Positions 34,444 through 35,660 of a stretch of DNA of 35,660 nt are shown one piece after another. Below the pieces are notes generated by a model. It worked only from the letters and a program-made list of their open reading frames with translations, made no database searches and was not told the origin of the DNA. A program made the position numbers and the translations under genes. Source of the DNA: a virus (lineage: Duplodnaviria > Caudoviricetes); IMG/VR virus record IMGVR_UViG_3300037462_000906, positions 1 to 35,660 of that record. The stretch is one strand, 5' to 3'. Positions within the stretch are counted from its first letter, which is position 1, and the number at the start of each line of letters is the position of its first letter.

Positions 34444-34769
34444 GCGTCTGGCGCGCCCGGGCCCGGCAGCGGATCGCGGAGCTGGTCGCGGACCTGCCCG
34501 CCGACGCCACGATCCAGCAGCGCCGCAAGGTGCTGCGAGGACAGGGCTGGAGCCGTGGCTGGGCGCAGAAGGTCTGGCAGCAGGAAGTGCGCATGCACCT
34601 CGCCCAGCACGGCGCCGTGTTTGGACCGCGCAAAGGCCTCATCCGCCAGTTCCAGTTCCCCGACCATGTCCACTTCCCCTTCCGGGAGAGCGGCCCTGCC
34701 TCAAGCAGCGCAGCGGTAGGCGACAGAAACGCTTTAAGCAGCGCAGCGGTAGGCGGCAAAAATGCCTGA
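34440..34769 (+). CDS. Hypothetical protein with C-terminal tandem hairpin elements
   Basis: Coupled ORF ending SSSAAVGDRNALSSAAVGGKNA. Confidence 0.65.
   Translation: MSVWRARARQRIAELVADLPADATIQQRRKVLRGQGWSRGWAQKVWQQEVRMHLAQHGAVFGPRKGLIRQFQFPDHVHFPFRESGPASSSAAVGDRNALSSAAVGGKNA
34698..34765 (+). repeat. Two tandem short hairpin elements (33-bp period)
   Basis: AAGCAGCGCAGCGGTAGGCG at 34703 and 34736. Confidence 0.9.
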
Positions 34770-35001
34770 GCCGATCACCGTCTCCCGCCACGCGATGGAT
34801 CGCTACCGCGAGCGGGTCGCCGATCTGCCCGACAGCGAGATCTTCGCCGCCCTTTCCGGCCCCACCTTCGAACTCGCCGTCCAGATCGGCGCGCCGCTGG
34901 TGAAGCTGCCCAGCGGCCACCACGCCGTGATCCGCGAAGAGACCGTCGTCACCATCCTCCACCCCGGTTGCCCCCTGCCAGAACTGGAACGCCGCCCATG
35001 A
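34762..35001 (+). CDS. Hypothetical protein
   Basis: VSRHAMDRYRERV..VVTIL; coupled to the ParB-like gene. Confidence 0.65.
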   Translation: MPEPITVSRHAMDRYRERVADLPDSEIFAALSGPTFELAVQIGAPLVKLPSGHHAVIREETVVTILHPGCPLPELERRP

Positions 35002-35660
35002 CCAAGTCCCCGCCTTTGGCGCCGCCTGAAGCCACCATCCACCTCACCCTCGCCGATCTGGCGATCTCCCCGCTCAACGTCCGCTACGACGAAAGCGACG
35101 CCAACGCGGTCGAGGCCCTGTCCGCCTCCATCGTGGCACAGGGCCTGCTTGAGCAGCTGCTGATCCACCCCGCGCCCGACGGCGCGAAGTGGGCGAAGCG
35201 GTCAAAGACCTGCCCGGTGACCGGCGCAATGCCGGCCGCCAGCTTCGGCGTGCTGGCCGGGGGGCGGCGCTGGCGCGCGATCCGGCTTGCCATCGCAGGC
35301 GGCGATCTGCCCGCCGATTTCCCGATCCGCTGTGTGATCAAGGATCTGTCCGATCAGCAGATCGTGCTGCTGTCGCTGTCGGAAAACCTGCTGCGCCGCG
35401 ACCTTCAGGGTTACGAAGTCCACGCCGCGATCGCGCGGCTGCGCGGCCTCGGGATGTCGATCGGCGAGATCTCGCGCAACCTTGGCCAGAGCAGCGACTG
35501 GGTCGCCCAGCAGGCGCGCCTCGGCGAACTGCACCCGCCGATCTTTGCGGCCTATTCCGCCGGCGAGATCGATGTCGAGCAGGCCCGCGCCTTTGCCGCC
35601 ACCCAGGAACTCACCCTGCAGGCCGCCGCCTGGGAACACTTCGCCCGCCGCCAGAACTGG
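34998..35660 (+). CDS. ParB/RepB/Spo0J-family protein (3' truncated by the window)
   Basis: ISPLNVR..LSASIVAQGLLEQL..VLAGGRRWRA..SLSENLLR followed by an HTH; absent from the ORF track because there is no stop in the window. Confidence 0.88.
   Translation, partial: MTKSPPLAPPEATIHLTLADLAISPLNVRYDESDANAVEALSASIVAQGLLEQLLIHPAPDGAKWAKRSKTCPVTGAMPAASFGVLAGGRRWRAIRLAIAGGDLPADFPIRCVIKDLSDQQIVLLSLSENLLRRDLQGYEVHAAIARLRGLGMSIGEISRNLGQSSDWVAQQARLGELHPPIFAAYSAGEIDVEQARAFAATQELTLQAAAWEHFARRQNW

Larger units (their letters stand above)
1..35660. mobile_element. Temperate siphovirus-type phage/prophage (HK97-like head, lambdoid switch); boundaries not visible
   Basis: Ordered integrase, lysis, tail, head, packaging, cI/cro and early modules; no host housekeeping gene recognised in the window. 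Confidence 0.95.

Noticed and set aside
34698-34765. Possible mini-CRISPR array
   Set aside because: Only two units at a 33-bp period, with no real spacer and no cas genes; these are tandem copies of the short hairpin element

Overview
This GC-rich window is almost entirely one temperate, long-tailed (siphovirus-type) phage or prophage of an alphaproteobacterium; GapR, the Rep type and the repeat style suggest Sphingomonadales, which is inference. From the left: P4/IntA-type tyrosine integrase and HTH Rep-like gene (+); D12-class DNA adenine methylase with a structured leader (-); a split higB/higA toxin-antitoxin pair (+); a second intact paralogous integrase (-). A long minus-strand late operon follows: lysis cassette, SGNH-hydrolase tail spike, tail genes with a G/GT frameshift, HK97-type head genes, terminase, HNH and Mu-type Gam. 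Then come a Q-like/LexA-like/HIRAN block, a cI/cro/cII switch with three operators, and an early operon (GapR, Cys-rich proteins, partial ParB-like gene). The most striking unexplained signals are two families of dispersed, strand-oriented hairpin elements with compensatory stem changes and GNA loops, sitting at gene junctions and in frame inside ORFs. Also notable are the dual integrases and the TA pair with duplicated promoter/operator units. All family calls come from motif recognition by eye; no database search was run.
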